Positions 28,224-38,037 of a stretch of 64,000 bases of DNA are shown here, piece after piece; positions within the stretch are counted from its first letter, which is position 1, and each line of letters begins with the position of its first letter. A model generated the notes under the pieces. The model worked only from the letters and a program-made list of their open reading frames with translations. It was not told where the DNA came from and searched no databases. The position numbers and the translations under genes are program-made. This DNA is from Alphaproteobacteria bacterium (GTDB lineage Bacteria; Pseudomonadota; Alphaproteobacteria; MPNO01): positions 1,504,001-1,568,000 of the forward strand of contig CBDFLJ010000002.1 of assembly GCA_965248835.1 (NCBI GenBank). Direction: 5' to 3'.

Positions 28224-28463
28224 TCAGGCGTTGGCGTTTTCTTCGATGAAGGAGATCGCGTCCTTGACCGTCAGGATCTTCTCGGCGGCGTCATCGGGGA
28301 TCTCGCACCCGAACTCCTCTTCGAAGGCCATCACGAGCTCAACCGTATCGAGGCTGTCGGCCCCGAGATCGTCGATAAAGCTCGCGTTGTCGGTGACTTT
28401 GCCCTCGTCGACGCCAAGATGCTCGACGACGATCTTTTTTACGCGGTCTGGGGTGTCGCTCAT
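28224..28463 (-). CDS. acpP: Acyl carrier protein
   Basis: [20 protein letters not shown]. Confidence 0.97.
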   Translation of the reverse strand: MSDTPDRVKKIVVEHLGVDEGKVTDNASFIDDLGADSLDTVELVMAFEEEFGCEIPDDAAEKILTVKDAISFIEENANA

Positions 28464-28606
28464 GTCGGTTTTCCTCGGATGGTAAGCGATGGACCGGGCC
28501 CGGATGCATGGGCGCCGCGGGGTGGGAAGTTTGCGGTCCGACCAGCGGCGTTTGGTATCACAATCGCCTGCGCGTTACCAGCGTGCCCGCGGCAGGAACG
28601 AGGCTG

Positions 28607-29347
28607 CTATAGCATGGCCATTCCGCCATTCACACTCAGGGTTTGTCCGGTGACGTAACCGGCCTCCTCACTTGCCAGGAACGCCACGCAGGCAGCCACG
28701 TCCGCGGGCGTGCCCAACCGGCCGGCGGGAATGCGCTCGGCAAGCTTTGCGGTCTGATCCTCGCCCAGCCCCCGCGTCATCGCGGTGTCGATGAACCCGG
28801 GCGCGACGCAGTTCACGGTGATCGCGCGCGATGCCACCTCGGCCGCAAGCGATTTGCTCATCCCGGTCAGGCCGGCCTTGGCCGCAGCGTAGCTCGCCTG
28901 TCCGGCATTACCGGTTTGACCAACGATCGAGGTGATGGAAATGATCCGGCCCCAACGGGCGCGCATCATGCCGCGCAGGCTTGCCCGGGCGAGCCGGAAG
29001 CCGGCTGTGAGATCGACCTCGACCACGGCCTGCCAATCCTCGTCCTTGATCCGGACGAACAGGCCGTCGCGGGTGATGCCGGCATTGTTGACCAGGATGT
29101 CGATCCCGCCCATCGCGGACTCGGCGTCGCCGGCAAGACCTTCGGCCGCGCCGGGATCGGCGAGGTCCGCGCTCAGCACGTAACAGCGCTCGCCGCCGAG
29201 CGCCTGCGCACGTGCACGCAGCGAATCGATATTGCGTCCGGCCAGGGCGACCGTCGCGCCGAGCCCGTGCAACGCGGTCGCCACGGCACCGCCGATACCG
29301 CCCGACGCGCCGGTGACCAGAGCCCGTTTGCCATCCAGATCGAACAT
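28607..29347 (-). CDS. fabG: 3-oxoacyl-ACP reductase
   Basis: TGASGGIG, NNAGITRD, YAAAK, VNGGM; synteny with acpP and fabD. Confidence 0.95.
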   Translation of the reverse strand: MFDLDGKRALVTGASGGIGGAVATALHGLGATVALAGRNIDSLRARAQALGGERCYVLSADLADPGAAEGLAGDAESAMGGIDILVNNAGITRDGLFVRIKDEDWQAVVEVDLTAGFRLARASLRGMMRARWGRIISITSIVGQTGNAGQASYAAAKAGLTGMSKSLAAEVASRAITVNCVAPGFIDTAMTRGLGEDQTAKLAERIPAGRLGTPADVAACVAFLASEEAGYVTGQTLSVNGGMAML

Positions 29348-29372
29348 GAGAGGTCGTCCAACCCCCCGACTG

Positions 29373-30314
29373 CTACAGGCTCTTTACCAGCGCTTCGATG
29401 TCCGCCGGTGTTCCGACCGACATCGCGGCAAGGTCCGGATCGATCCGCTTGACCAGCGCCGCCAGGACCTTGCCGGCGCCGATCTCCACGACGGTCCTGA
29501 CACCGGCATCGCGCATCGCGAGCACGGACTCGCGCCAGCGCACCATCGCGGTGACCTGCGCGACCAGGAGCTCGCGGATCTCGTCAACATCGCTGACCGC
29601 CTCGGCCGTGACATTGGCGATCAGCGCCGGGGTGGGCGCCCTCAATACGACCTCGTCCAGCGCTTGCTTCATCACATCGGCAGCCGGCTGCATCAGCCGG
29701 CAATGAAACGGCGCGCTCACCGGCAGCTTCATGGACCGCCTGACGCCCTTCTCCCGGGCGATGTCGATGGCCCGATCGATCGCGGCGACATCGCCGGACA
29801 GGACGACTTGGCCGGGCGCGTTGTCGTTGGCGGCATCGCAGACGTCGTCCCCGGCCGCCTCGGCGGCGATTTCGCGCGCCTGGTCGAGATCGGCGCCGAG
29901 CAGGGCGGCCATCGCGCCGCTGCCGACCGGGACCGCCTCCTGCATCGCGCGGCCGCGGGTCTTGAGCAGTCGGGCGGTGTCGGACAGGCCCAGCGCGCCT
30001 GCGGCAGCGAGCGCGGAGTATTCGCCCATCGAGTGTCCGGCGACCAGAGCGGCGGCGGTTCTCGGATCGAGCCCGGCTTCTGCCGCCAGCACGCGCAAGA
30101 CCGCAATGCTGACCGCCATCAGCGCGGGCTGGGCGTTTTCCGTCAGCACCAGCTCCTCGTCCGGGCCCTGCCGGATCAGGCGCGACAGGTTCTGGTTCAG
30201 CGCATCGTCGACCTCCTCGAGCGTCTCGCGCGCGGTAGGGAATGCGTCCGTCATCTCGGCGCCCATGCCCACGGCCTGCGAGCCCTGGCCCGGGAAAACG
30301 AAGGCGATCATCAT
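29373..30314 (-). CDS. fabD: Malonyl-CoA:ACP transacylase
   Basis: FPGQGSQ, AQPAL, GHSMGE, VSAPFH. Confidence 0.96.
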   Translation of the reverse strand: MMIAFVFPGQGSQAVGMGAEMTDAFPTARETLEEVDDALNQNLSRLIRQGPDEELVLTENAQPALMAVSIAVLRVLAAEAGLDPRTAAALVAGHSMGEYSALAAAGALGLSDTARLLKTRGRAMQEAVPVGSGAMAALLGADLDQAREIAAEAAGDDVCDAANDNAPGQVVLSGDVAAIDRAIDIAREKGVRRSMKLPVSAPFHCRLMQPAADVMKQALDEVVLRAPTPALIANVTAEAVSDVDEIRELLVAQVTAMVRWRESVLAMRDAGVRTVVEIGAGKVLAALVKRIDPDLAAMSVGTPADIEALVKSL

Positions 30315-30427
30315 CGGCTGGATGGTCCGCTCCGTGGAAGCCGGTCGCCGCGAACGCGGCGTTGGGCAACAGACACCCGGTCCCGATTCCTGTCAAGACG
30401 ACCCTCGGTGCCCGCCGCCGCGCCGGC

Positions 30428-30455
30428 TTGCGTATCGGGGGAAGACGTGTATAGT
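30428..30455 (+). promoter_or_regulatory. Putative sigma70 promoter of rpsF operon
   Basis: TTGCGT-N16-TATAGT. Confidence 0.6.
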
Positions 30456-30603
30456 GCGCGCCCGCCGTCGGCGGGGACGCAGGGTTTCTGCGCACTCGCA
30501 CGACAGCGGGATTTTCTGAAATCGGTCGAAGGCGCCATATCGCATTCCAGGCGATCGGCCCGGTTTCGTGACCGATCAGGCGGGGATCAAGGAGCGCCGC
30601 ACC

Positions 30604-31125
30604 GTGCCATTTTACGAAAGCGTCTACATTGCCCGTCCGGACATCTCCGCAGCTCAGGTGGAGGCGCTGACCCAACGCCTGACCGAGATTGTCGAGACCA
30701 ACGGCGGTAAAGTGACCAAGAACGAGTACTGGGGCATCAAGAACCTCGCCTATCGGATCAAGAAGAACCGCAAGGGCCACTACTCGCTGCTGAACCTCGA
30801 CGCTCCCAGCGAGGCGCTGAGCGAGCTCGAGCGCAACATGCGGCTGAGCGAGGACGTGCTGCGCTATCTGACCGTCAAGGTGGATGCGCTGGACGACAAC
30901 CCTTCGATCATGATGGCGCGCGGCGGGCGCGACGACCGCGGGCGCGGGCGCGGCGGCTTCGGCGGACGCGGCAGAGATGGCCCGCGCGAGGGCGGGCGGG
31001 ATCGCGATGGCCCGCCGCGGCAGGCCGACGATAAGGCCTCCGGCGGCGACGGCAAGGATGAAGCAGAGACCGCCGCACCGGCCGCGCCTGAGGAAGAGAC
31101 CGCCGCACCGGCACCCTGCGCCTGA
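30604..31125 (+). CDS. rpsF: 30S ribosomal protein S6 with RG-rich and acidic repeat extension (tail frameshifted; alternative end 31234)
   Basis: FYESVYIARPD, EYWGIKNLAYRIKKNRKGHY, EDVLRYL; GTG after AAGGAG. Confidence 0.95.
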   Translation: MPFYESVYIARPDISAAQVEALTQRLTEIVETNGGKVTKNEYWGIKNLAYRIKKNRKGHYSLLNLDAPSEALSELERNMRLSEDVLRYLTVKVDALDDNPSIMMARGGRDDRGRGRGGFGGRGRDGPREGGRDRDGPPRQADDKASGGDGKDEAETAAPAAPEEETAAPAPCA

Positions 31126-31219
31126 GGAAGAGACCGCCGCACCGGCTGCGCCTGAGGAAGAGACCGCCGCACCGGCCGCGCCTGAGGAAGAGACCGCCGC
31201 ACCGGCCGCGCCTGAGGAG
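31066..31219 (+). repeat. Five-copy 30-bp tandem repeat ([10 protein letters not shown]); copy 2 has a 4-bp insertion
   Basis: Unit GAGACCGCCGCACCGGCCGCGCCTGAGGAA at 31066, 31096 (34 bp), 31130, 31160, 31190. Confidence 0.95.
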
Positions 31220-31230
31220 GAGAGCGAGCA

Positions 31231-31458
31231 ATGAGCCGGCGGCCATTCCTTCGACGCCAGAAGAGCTGCCCGTTTTCCGGGCCCAACGCGCCGACCATCG
31301 ATTTCAAAGACATCCGGCTGCTGCAGCGCTTCGTGTCCGAAAGAGGCAAGATCGTGCCCAGCCGCATAACGGCGGTATCGACCAAGAAACAGCGCGAGCT
31401 CGCCCGGGCGATCAAGCGGGCGCGCAACGTCGCGCTGCTGCCTTTCGTCATCCGCTGA
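31231..31458 (+). CDS. rpsR: 30S ribosomal protein S18
   Basis: [35 protein letters not shown]. Confidence 0.97.
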   Translation: MSRRPFLRRQKSCPFSGPNAPTIDFKDIRLLQRFVSERGKIVPSRITAVSTKKQRELARAIKRARNVALLPFVIR

Positions 31459-31492
31459 CGCGCACCCCGAAGGAAGCCTCGCAGGTCGGGCG

Positions 31493-32443
31493 ATGTCGTC
31501 CCGCGCACTCCTTCTCGCAGCTCTTGCCGGCGCGGTCAGCGCGGCGCTCTACCTCGCGGTGGGCCTCGGCTCGTTCGGCGCGCTGATTCTCGCCTACATG
31601 GCCCAACTCCCGCTTTTTGCTGTCGGGCTCGGCGCCGGATTCGCCGCGGCGGCCGCCGCCACCGCGATCGGCCTGGCAATCATCGCCTTCGCGCTGCCAT
31701 TGAGTGCCGCGGGTCTGTTTGCCCTGACCACGGCGGCGCCGGTCCTGATCCTGATCGGCCGGGCGCTGCTGTCGCGCGAGGCCGAGGACGGCAGCACGGT
31801 GTGGTATCCGGCCGGCTATCTGATCGCGATGCTGAACGCGCTCGCCCTGATCATACTGGCCGCCGGGGCGCTGATCCTGTCGGGGCAGCCGGGCGGCATG
31901 GTCGGGGCCGGCCAAGAGCTGCTGGCCGATATGCTCCGCGGGTTCGCACGCGGCCTCGACGGCGCCGAAATGCCGGCCAATGCGATGGCGAACAGCCCTG
32001 TCGCGGCGCTGTTGCCGGCGCTGGTACTGATCTCCTGGCAGATCATGGTGGTGGTCAACAGCTTGCTGGCGCAGGGCGCGCTGGCGCGCTTCGGGGCGAA
32101 CATACGGCCCGGCGAGCCGTTCACCGCGCTGTACCTGCCGCGCTGGCTTAGCGTCGTGCTCGCGGCCGCGGTGCTGGCCGCACTGCTTCCCGGACAGATC
32201 GGCGACTTCGGGCGCAACGCGGCGGTCGTCGCCCTGCTGCCCTTTTTCTTGCTCGGCCTGTCGGTTATACATGCGGTCTCGAATCGCTGGGCCGGGCGGG
32301 TTTTCGTACTCCTGGGCGTCTATCTGATCCTGTTCGTCGCCGGATGGCCGGTGCTGATCGTGGCGGCGATCGGTGTTTTCGAGCCCTGGACCCGGTTGCG
32401 GGCACGCCTTGCGGGCCCACGGCGCGATGACGAGGAGGAGTAG
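31493..32443 (+). CDS. DUF2232-like membrane protein
   Basis: Multi-TM protein with WYPAG motif; usual position between rpsR and rplI in Alphaproteobacteria. Confidence 0.75.
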   Translation: MSSRALLLAALAGAVSAALYLAVGLGSFGALILAYMAQLPLFAVGLGAGFAAAAAATAIGLAIIAFALPLSAAGLFALTTAAPVLILIGRALLSREAEDGSTVWYPAGYLIAMLNALALIILAAGALILSGQPGGMVGAGQELLADMLRGFARGLDGAEMPANAMANSPVAALLPALVLISWQIMVVVNSLLAQGALARFGANIRPGEPFTALYLPRWLSVVLAAAVLAALLPGQIGDFGRNAAVVALLPFFLLGLSVIHAVSNRWAGRVFVLLGVYLILFVAGWPVLIVAAIGVFEPWTRLRARLAGPRRDDEEE

Positions 32444-32445
32444 CC

Positions 32446-33075
32446 ATGGACGTGATCTTGCTGGAGCGCGTGGACAAACTCGGGCAGATGGGCGAGGTCG
32501 TCACCGTCAAGCCGGGCTATGCGCGCAACTACCTGTTGCCCAAGAAGAAGGCGATGCGCGCGACCAAGGAGAACATGTCCTATTTCGAGACCCTGCGTAC
32601 ACAGCTCGAGGCGGACAACCTCGAAAGGCGCGGTGAGGCCGAAAGCGTGTCGACCGCGATCGACGGTCTGTCGGTAATTCTGACTCGCCAAGCCTCGGAC
32701 AACTATCAGCTCTACGGCTCGGTGAGGACAAGCGACATCGCCGCCGTGGTCGCCGAGGCCGGGTTTACCATCACGCGAAACCAGGTCGAGCTCGAGCGGT
32801 CGATCAAGACCGTCGGCCTGCACCAGGTACGGATCAGGCTCCACCCCGAAGTCGCGGTGACGATCACCGTCAACGTCGCACGCACCCAGGAAGAGGCCAA
32901 GGCCCAGGCCCGCGGCGAGACCCTGGGGATGGAAGACGAAGACGAAGAGACCTGGCGCGACGCCCGCACGATGTTCGATGCAGACGCCGAGCCCGCCGAT
33001 GCCGATCCCGGCGGCGAAGACACCGGCGGCGAGGACACCGGCGGGGAGGACACCGGCGGGGAAGACCGCGCCTAG
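32446..33075 (+). CDS. rplI: 50S ribosomal protein L9 with acidic repeat tail
   Basis: [29 protein letters not shown]. Confidence 0.97.
   Translation: MDVILLERVDKLGQMGEVVTVKPGYARNYLLPKKKAMRATKENMSYFETLRTQLEADNLERRGEAESVSTAIDGLSVILTRQASDNYQLYGSVRTSDIAAVVAEAGFTITRNQVELERSIKTVGLHQVRIRLHPEVAVTITVNVARTQEEAKAQARGETLGMEDEDEETWRDARTMFDADAEPADADPGGEDTGGEDTGGEDTGGEDRA
33010..33069 (+). repeat. Four-copy 15-bp tandem repeat (GGEDT) in L9 tail
   Basis: GGCGGCGAAGACACC / GGCGGCGAGGACACC / GGCGGGGAGGACACC / GGCGGGGAAGACCGC. Confidence 0.9.
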
Positions 33076-33102
33076 CGGAAACGGTCCGTCGCACGCCCGA
33101 CC

Positions 33103-33870
33103 ATGAAATACGAGCGAATTGCCTTCGTCGCCGGCTCGACGTCTCAGGCGCAGCGATCGCTGCTGAGCCTGTCCAAGCGTTACGGCGGCGTGCGCCCAGA
33201 TCAGGCCGACGTGATCGTGGCGCTTGGCGGCGACGGTCTGATGCTCGAGACGCTGCACCGGTTTCTCGGCCGCAACGCGCCGATCTACGGAATGAACCGC
33301 GGCACGGTCGGGTTTCTGCTCAACGTCTACGACGACCGCAATCTGCTTGACCGGCTGGAAGTCGCCCAGCGGGTCGAGCTGCACCCGCTGACCATGCGTG
33401 CGCGCACCGTCGACGGCGCGGTGACCACGGCGATGGCGATCAACGAGGTCTCGCTGCTGCGTCAGACCCGCCAGGCGGCAAAGCTGCGGATCCTGATCGA
33501 CGGGACGGTGCGCATGCCCGAGCTGGTCTGCGACGGAACGATTATCGCGACGCCGGCCGGCAGCACCGCCTACAACCTGTCCGCCCACGGCCCGATCATT
33601 CCTCTGGGAGCGAATTTGCTGGCGCTGACCCCGATAAGCGCATTCCGGCCCCGCAGGTGGCGTGGCGCGCTGCTGCCGTCCGCGGCGCGGCTGCGCCTGG
33701 ACGCGCTGGATGCGAAGAAGCGCCCGGTCAGCGCGGTCGCCGACTATACGGAGGTGCGCAACATCCGCTCCGTGGTGGTCCGGGAGGACCCCAAGACGAC
33801 GTTGACGCTGCTGTTCGATCCCGAACACAACCTCGAGGATCGGATCCTCAACGAGCAGTTCATCCCATAG
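33103..33870 (+). CDS. nadK: NAD kinase
   Basis: [29 protein letters not shown]. Confidence 0.93.
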   Translation: MKYERIAFVAGSTSQAQRSLLSLSKRYGGVRPDQADVIVALGGDGLMLETLHRFLGRNAPIYGMNRGTVGFLLNVYDDRNLLDRLEVAQRVELHPLTMRARTVDGAVTTAMAINEVSLLRQTRQAAKLRILIDGTVRMPELVCDGTIIATPAGSTAYNLSAHGPIIPLGANLLALTPISAFRPRRWRGALLPSAARLRLDALDAKKRPVSAVADYTEVRNIRSVVVREDPKTTLTLLFDPEHNLEDRILNEQFIP

Positions 33871-33931
33871 AGCATGTCCCGATCGGATCGACCGGCTGCG
33901 GGCCGGTCCGGCCGGTTCGGAACATACGCTA
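33868..33931. repeat. Imperfect palindromic intergenic element bounded by the two convergent stop codons
   Basis: TAGAGCATGTCCCGA...GACCGGC-tgcgg-GCCGGTC...TCGGAACATACGCTA. Confidence 0.55.
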
Positions 33932-34435
33932 GTTCGCGACCATCAGACGGTAGTCCGGCGTGGTATTGAGCGGGCACGAATAGAGGTACTCGCCGGGTTT
34001 CAGCGTCACCTCGTAGTCACGCGTGGTGCCGGTCTTCAAACCGCCGCCGGAAACGCTGATCTTGGACAATCGGTGCAGCGGATTGCGCCAGTCATAGCCC
34101 TTGTCGCGCAGCCAGAAGCCGAGGACGTAGGGAACGTTCTTGTTCTGCACCCGGAAGACGTATTCGCCGGGCTTCAGCTTCAACACCTTCGACTCGGCCA
34201 GCCGCTGCTTACTCGTGCGCGCATTGATGGCCTCGCAATCGGCCTTTTTGGTCGACTTGTACATGTGGTCGACGCCGTTCTCGGATTCGACGAACTGGCA
34301 AGCGACCTGTGTCAGGGTAACAACCTGGGCGGCTTCGGCCGGCGCCGCAGCGGCGCCGAGAAGCGCCAGAGCGAATCCGCCGAGCGCGGCCGTGCGCATC
34401 TGAGATCCCATCACCCGCCTCGTGAGAATGTGCAT
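33929..34435 (-). CDS. Secreted cupredoxin-like hypothetical protein
   Basis: RBS GGGAGG before ATG; signal-peptide-like segment; LKPGEY occurs twice; YSCPLN. Confidence 0.65.
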   Translation of the reverse strand: MHILTRRVMGSQMRTAALGGFALALLGAAAAPAEAAQVVTLTQVACQFVESENGVDHMYKSTKKADCEAINARTSKQRLAESKVLKLKPGEYVFRVQNKNVPYVLGFWLRDKGYDWRNPLHRLSKISVSGGGLKTGTTRDYEVTLKPGEYLYSCPLNTTPDYRLMVAN

Positions 34436-34618
34436 TCAGGCCTCCCGTCGTTCCTGCCTTGCCGACCGCCGCCGTGCCACGGCACACCGTCGCTCAGCGC
34501 ATATTTGGGGTCATCGGTAAGGTAGGACAACCAACGCCTGTTCACCAAATGGTGAGCGTGCGCGGCGGAGCTGCGCGGCCTGACTTGCCGCCCGAGCGCC
34601 GCCGGGCGATACAACGTC

Positions 34619-36220
34619 ATGAACCACGAAACCACTGTGGCCGATGCGCTGGCGGCGCGGCTTGCCGCCTGGGGCGTTGAGCGCCTGTTCGGCATTCCGG
34701 GCGGCGGGTCCCTGCATGTCATCGAGGCCGCGGCGCGCGTCGGCATCCCCTTCGTCCTGACGCGCACCGAGACCGCAGCCGCCTTGATGGCCGCAGCCAC
34801 GGGCGAACTCACCGGACGGCCCGGCGTAGCAGTCACCGGAATCGGCCCCGGCCTTGCCGCGGCCACCAACGGAATCGCCTACGCGATGCTTGATCGCGCA
34901 CCGGTTGTCCTGATCACCGACGCTTTCGATCCGACAGGCCAGGGCTATGTCTCCCATCAGGTGATCGACCAGTCGGCCCTGTTCACGCCGATCACCAAGG
35001 CACGGGCGCGGCTCGATGGATCGAACGTCGCGGAGTCGATCGATGCGCTGATCGCAACGGCGCTGGCGCCGCCGTTCGGCCCGGTCCTTATCGAGTTGCC
35101 CGGCGGCATCGCGGCCCAGCGGGCGGACGTGGCTCCGGCGCCGGCCGCGCCGCCTGTGCCGTCCACAATGTTCGACATCGGCGGCGCCAGAGCGTTGCTG
35201 CGCCAGGCGCGGCGGCCGGCAATCCTCGTCGGGCTCGATGTCCGCAGCGCCGCAGCGGCCGCAGCGCTCGGACGGTTCGCCGGCAAGCTCGGCGCGCCGG
35301 TGCTGACGACCTACAAGGCCAAGGGCGCAATTGCCGACGGCCATAAGCTGCATGTCGGGCTCTTCACCGGTGCCGCGGCCGAGGCGCCGTGCCTGTCGCG
35401 GGCCGACCTGATCGTTCAGATCGGTCTCGACCCGGTCGAGCTCCAGCCTCAGCCCTGGCGCTACGACGCCCCGATCCTCGATATCGCCGCGGTCGGCGAC
35501 CGGCCCCTCTATGCCGCGCCCCGGGCGCGGATGATCGGGCCGATCGACGGCGCGCTCGACCTGCTGATGGATGCGGCATGCGCCGCCGACTGGCCCGCGG
35601 CCGAGATCGCCGGATTGCGCGAGGAGATGCGCGCAGCGCTGGCCTCGCCGCAAGGAGCGCCGGTCACCCCGCAGGCGCTGGTGGAGGCCGTCCACCGGGC
35701 GGCGCCGGAGGGAACCCGCATCACCGTGGATGCGGGCGCACACATGGTCCCGGCGATGACGTTCTACCCGACGGAGCGGCCCGGCGACGTCCTGATCTCC
35801 AACGGCCTGTCGACGATGGGACTCGCGCTGCCTGCGGCGATTGCGGCCGCCCTCGCCGAGCCCGACCGGCGGGTTGTGGCCTTCACCGGCGACGGCGGGC
35901 TGATGATGTGCGCCGGCGAGCTCGCGACCGCGGCCGAGACCGGCGCCGCTATCGTCGTGGTGGTATTCAACGACGCGGCACTGTCGCTGATCGACATCAA
36001 GCAGCAGGCGATCGGCCACCCGAGCCGGGGCGTGCGGACGGACCGGATCGATTTCGTGCGGATGGCCGAAAGCATGGGGTGCGCGGGCCAACGAGTCGAC
36101 AGGCCGGACGATCTGGCAGGTGCGCTGGACGAAGCCTTCGCGACCGCCGGGCCTTGCGTGATCGATGCGCGGATCGATCCGGGCGGATACGCCGCGCAGT
36201 TCAAATCATTGCGCGGCTAA
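34619..36220 (+). CDS. Thiamine pyrophosphate-dependent enzyme (acetolactate synthase large subunit-like)
   Basis: LFGIPGG, RTE, GPG, GDGG...FND. Confidence 0.9.
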   Translation: MNHETTVADALAARLAAWGVERLFGIPGGGSLHVIEAAARVGIPFVLTRTETAAALMAAATGELTGRPGVAVTGIGPGLAAATNGIAYAMLDRAPVVLITDAFDPTGQGYVSHQVIDQSALFTPITKARARLDGSNVAESIDALIATALAPPFGPVLIELPGGIAAQRADVAPAPAAPPVPSTMFDIGGARALLRQARRPAILVGLDVRSAAAAAALGRFAGKLGAPVLTTYKAKGAIADGHKLHVGLFTGAAAEAPCLSRADLIVQIGLDPVELQPQPWRYDAPILDIAAVGDRPLYAAPRARMIGPIDGALDLLMDAACAADWPAAEIAGLREEMRAALASPQGAPVTPQALVEAVHRAAPEGTRITVDAGAHMVPAMTFYPTERPGDVLISNGLSTMGLALPAAIAAALAEPDRRVVAFTGDGGLMMCAGELATAAETGAAIVVVVFNDAALSLIDIKQQAIGHPSRGVRTDRIDFVRMAESMGCAGQRVDRPDDLAGALDEAFATAGPCVIDARIDPGGYAAQFKSLRG

Positions 36221-36242
36221 ACCATATCCCGAACAAGATTTT

Positions 36243-37052
36243 CTAAAGGTCAGAAAAATCGGGCGTTTTCTTGGCCGTAAACGCCGCGATACCGCGCTTG
36301 AACGCCGCGCCGAAACGGATCTTCTCGAACGCCTGGCCTTCGGTACGCAGACCCGCGGCGAGCGGCGTCTCATAGGTTTCGTTAAGAACCTGCTTCAAGG
36401 TGGCCAGCGGGATCTGCGGGCGCACCGCCAGGTCGTCGACCCAACGCTCGACCGCCGCATCCAGGCCGTCGTCGTCGACCAGTTCGCTGAGGACGCCCCA
36501 GTCAAGGGCGTCGGGAGCACTCAGGCGCCGGCCGCGCATGATCATTTCCTTGGCCCGGCCGAGACCGGCAATCCGGGCCAGCCGCTGGGTTCCGCCGGAG
36601 CCCGGGATGGCGCCGAGGTTTATTTCGGGCAGGGCGAAGACCGCCGACCGGGTCGCGATGCGAAAATCGCAGGCAAGCGCCAACTCGAAGGCGACCCCCA
36701 TGGCGTATTTCTCCACCGCGGCGATGACCGGCTTGCGGCAGCGCTCGGGCGCGGCAACGGCCCAGGCGAGGTCGGACATGCCATCGGCGGGAACCTCGAG
36801 GAACCCAGCGATATCCCCGCCGGAGCTGAAAACGCCGTTCGCGCCGCGGATGACGATCACCCTCACGTCGGGGTGCTGGTCCAAGGCTTCCAGAACGGCC
36901 GCGATCTGCGCGCGCGCCTCGAAGCTGACGACGTTGAGAGGCGGCCGGTCGAGGATCAGGGTGCCGACCCGGCGGTCGGCATCGAGCGCGACACGCAGAC
37001 CGTCGAGCTGATCGAGCAGCGCCGCGCGGCGTTCAAAGGGATCGTTCATCAA
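36243..37052 (-). CDS. Crotonase-family protein, HmfE (2-oxoglutaroyl-CoA hydrolase)-like
   Basis: LDRPPLNVVS, FSSGGDIAGFLE, LAWAVAAPERCRKPVIAA, LPE..LGAIPGSGG. Confidence 0.8.
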   Translation of the reverse strand: MMNDPFERRAALLDQLDGLRVALDADRRVGTLILDRPPLNVVSFEARAQIAAVLEALDQHPDVRVIVIRGANGVFSSGGDIAGFLEVPADGMSDLAWAVAAPERCRKPVIAAVEKYAMGVAFELALACDFRIATRSAVFALPEINLGAIPGSGGTQRLARIAGLGRAKEMIMRGRRLSAPDALDWGVLSELVDDDGLDAAVERWVDDLAVRPQIPLATLKQVLNETYETPLAAGLRTEGQAFEKIRFGAAFKRGIAAFTAKKTPDFSDL

Positions 37053-37108
37053 ACCGCCTGACTTGGAACCGGAGGAGGCGCTTTCGGCGCATTGACCCAG
37101 GACATCAT

Positions 37109-37142
37109 CTTAGCAATGTTAAGCCGTTCCCGTGCTTTGACA
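37109..37142. promoter_or_regulatory. Candidate operator and -35 box between divergent crotonase genes
   Basis: Near-palindrome CTTAGCA-A-TGTTAAG (37109-37123); TTGACA at 37137. Confidence 0.4.
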
Positions 37143-37254
37143 ATTGGCGAGCGATCTTTCGGATCGTGCGAGTGCGCCGCGGCGGGCCGCACTGGCACGC
37201 TCCGGGCGGCTCGGGCACAATGCGTGCAAGGGTGAACCGAATCAGGAGTCCTCC

Positions 37255-38034
37255 ATGTCGCAGTCAATTCTCGTCGAGCGGCAAGGCGTGATCGCAACCG
37301 TCACGCTCAACCGTCCGGAGAAGCGAAACGCGCTCGACGCCGCGGCCTGGACGGCACTCGGCGAGGCGGTGGAAGGCCTCTCGGAGGACGACGACCTGCG
37401 CTGCATCGTTCTGCGCGGCGCAGGACCGGACGCCTTCGCCGCCGGGGCCGATATTTCGGGCTTCCGGCAGGAGCATTCGACGGTCGACCTCGCCCGATCC
37501 TACAAGGCCAAGACCGATCACGCGGTCGAGGCGATCGCGCGGGGCAAGCACCCCGTGGTCGCGATGATCCACGGCTACTGCCTGGGCGGCGGGTTCGAGA
37601 TCGCCACCGCGTGCGACATCAGGATCGCCGCGGAATCGAGCCGGCTGGGCGTTCCGGCCCGGCTGATGGGGCTCTATCTCGGCTACGGGCTGCTCGATAC
37701 GCTGGTCAATGTCGTCGGCCGGGCGACCGCGCTCGAGATCGCGCTCGAAGGCCGGGTCTACACCGCCCGCGAAGCCTACGAGAAGGGGTTGATCAACCAC
37801 ATCGTGCCCGACGAGAAGCTGGAGGACGAGGCCTATGCCTCGGCGCGCCGGATCGCAGAAGGCGCGCCGCTGGCCGCTCGCTGGCACCGCCGGGCGATCC
37901 GCCGGTTCGCGGACCCGGCCCCGCTGAGCGAGGCGGAAATCGCGGAATCCTACGCCTACGCCGACACCGAGGATTACCACGAGGGCTACCGGGCCTTCCT
38001 CGCCAAGGAGAAGCCGGTCTTCAAGGGGCGCTGA
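37255..38034 (+). CDS. Enoyl-CoA hydratase/isomerase family protein
   Basis: LNRPEKRNAL, FAAGADI, GYCLGGGFE. Confidence 0.9.
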   Translation: MSQSILVERQGVIATVTLNRPEKRNALDAAAWTALGEAVEGLSEDDDLRCIVLRGAGPDAFAAGADISGFRQEHSTVDLARSYKAKTDHAVEAIARGKHPVVAMIHGYCLGGGFEIATACDIRIAAESSRLGVPARLMGLYLGYGLLDTLVNVVGRATALEIALEGRVYTAREAYEKGLINHIVPDEKLEDEAYASARRIAEGAPLAARWHRRAIRRFADPAPLSEAEIAESYAYADTEDYHEGYRAFLAKEKPVFKGR

Positions 38035-38037
38035 GCG

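Noticed and set aside
30460-30603. S6:S18 autoregulatory leader RNA
   Set aside because: Position is plausible and hairpins exist, but I cannot confirm the consensus without a covariance-model search
31066-31219. 30-bp repeats as a possible CRISPR array
   Set aside because: Units are contiguous with no unique spacers, encode a peptide repeat, and no cas genes are present
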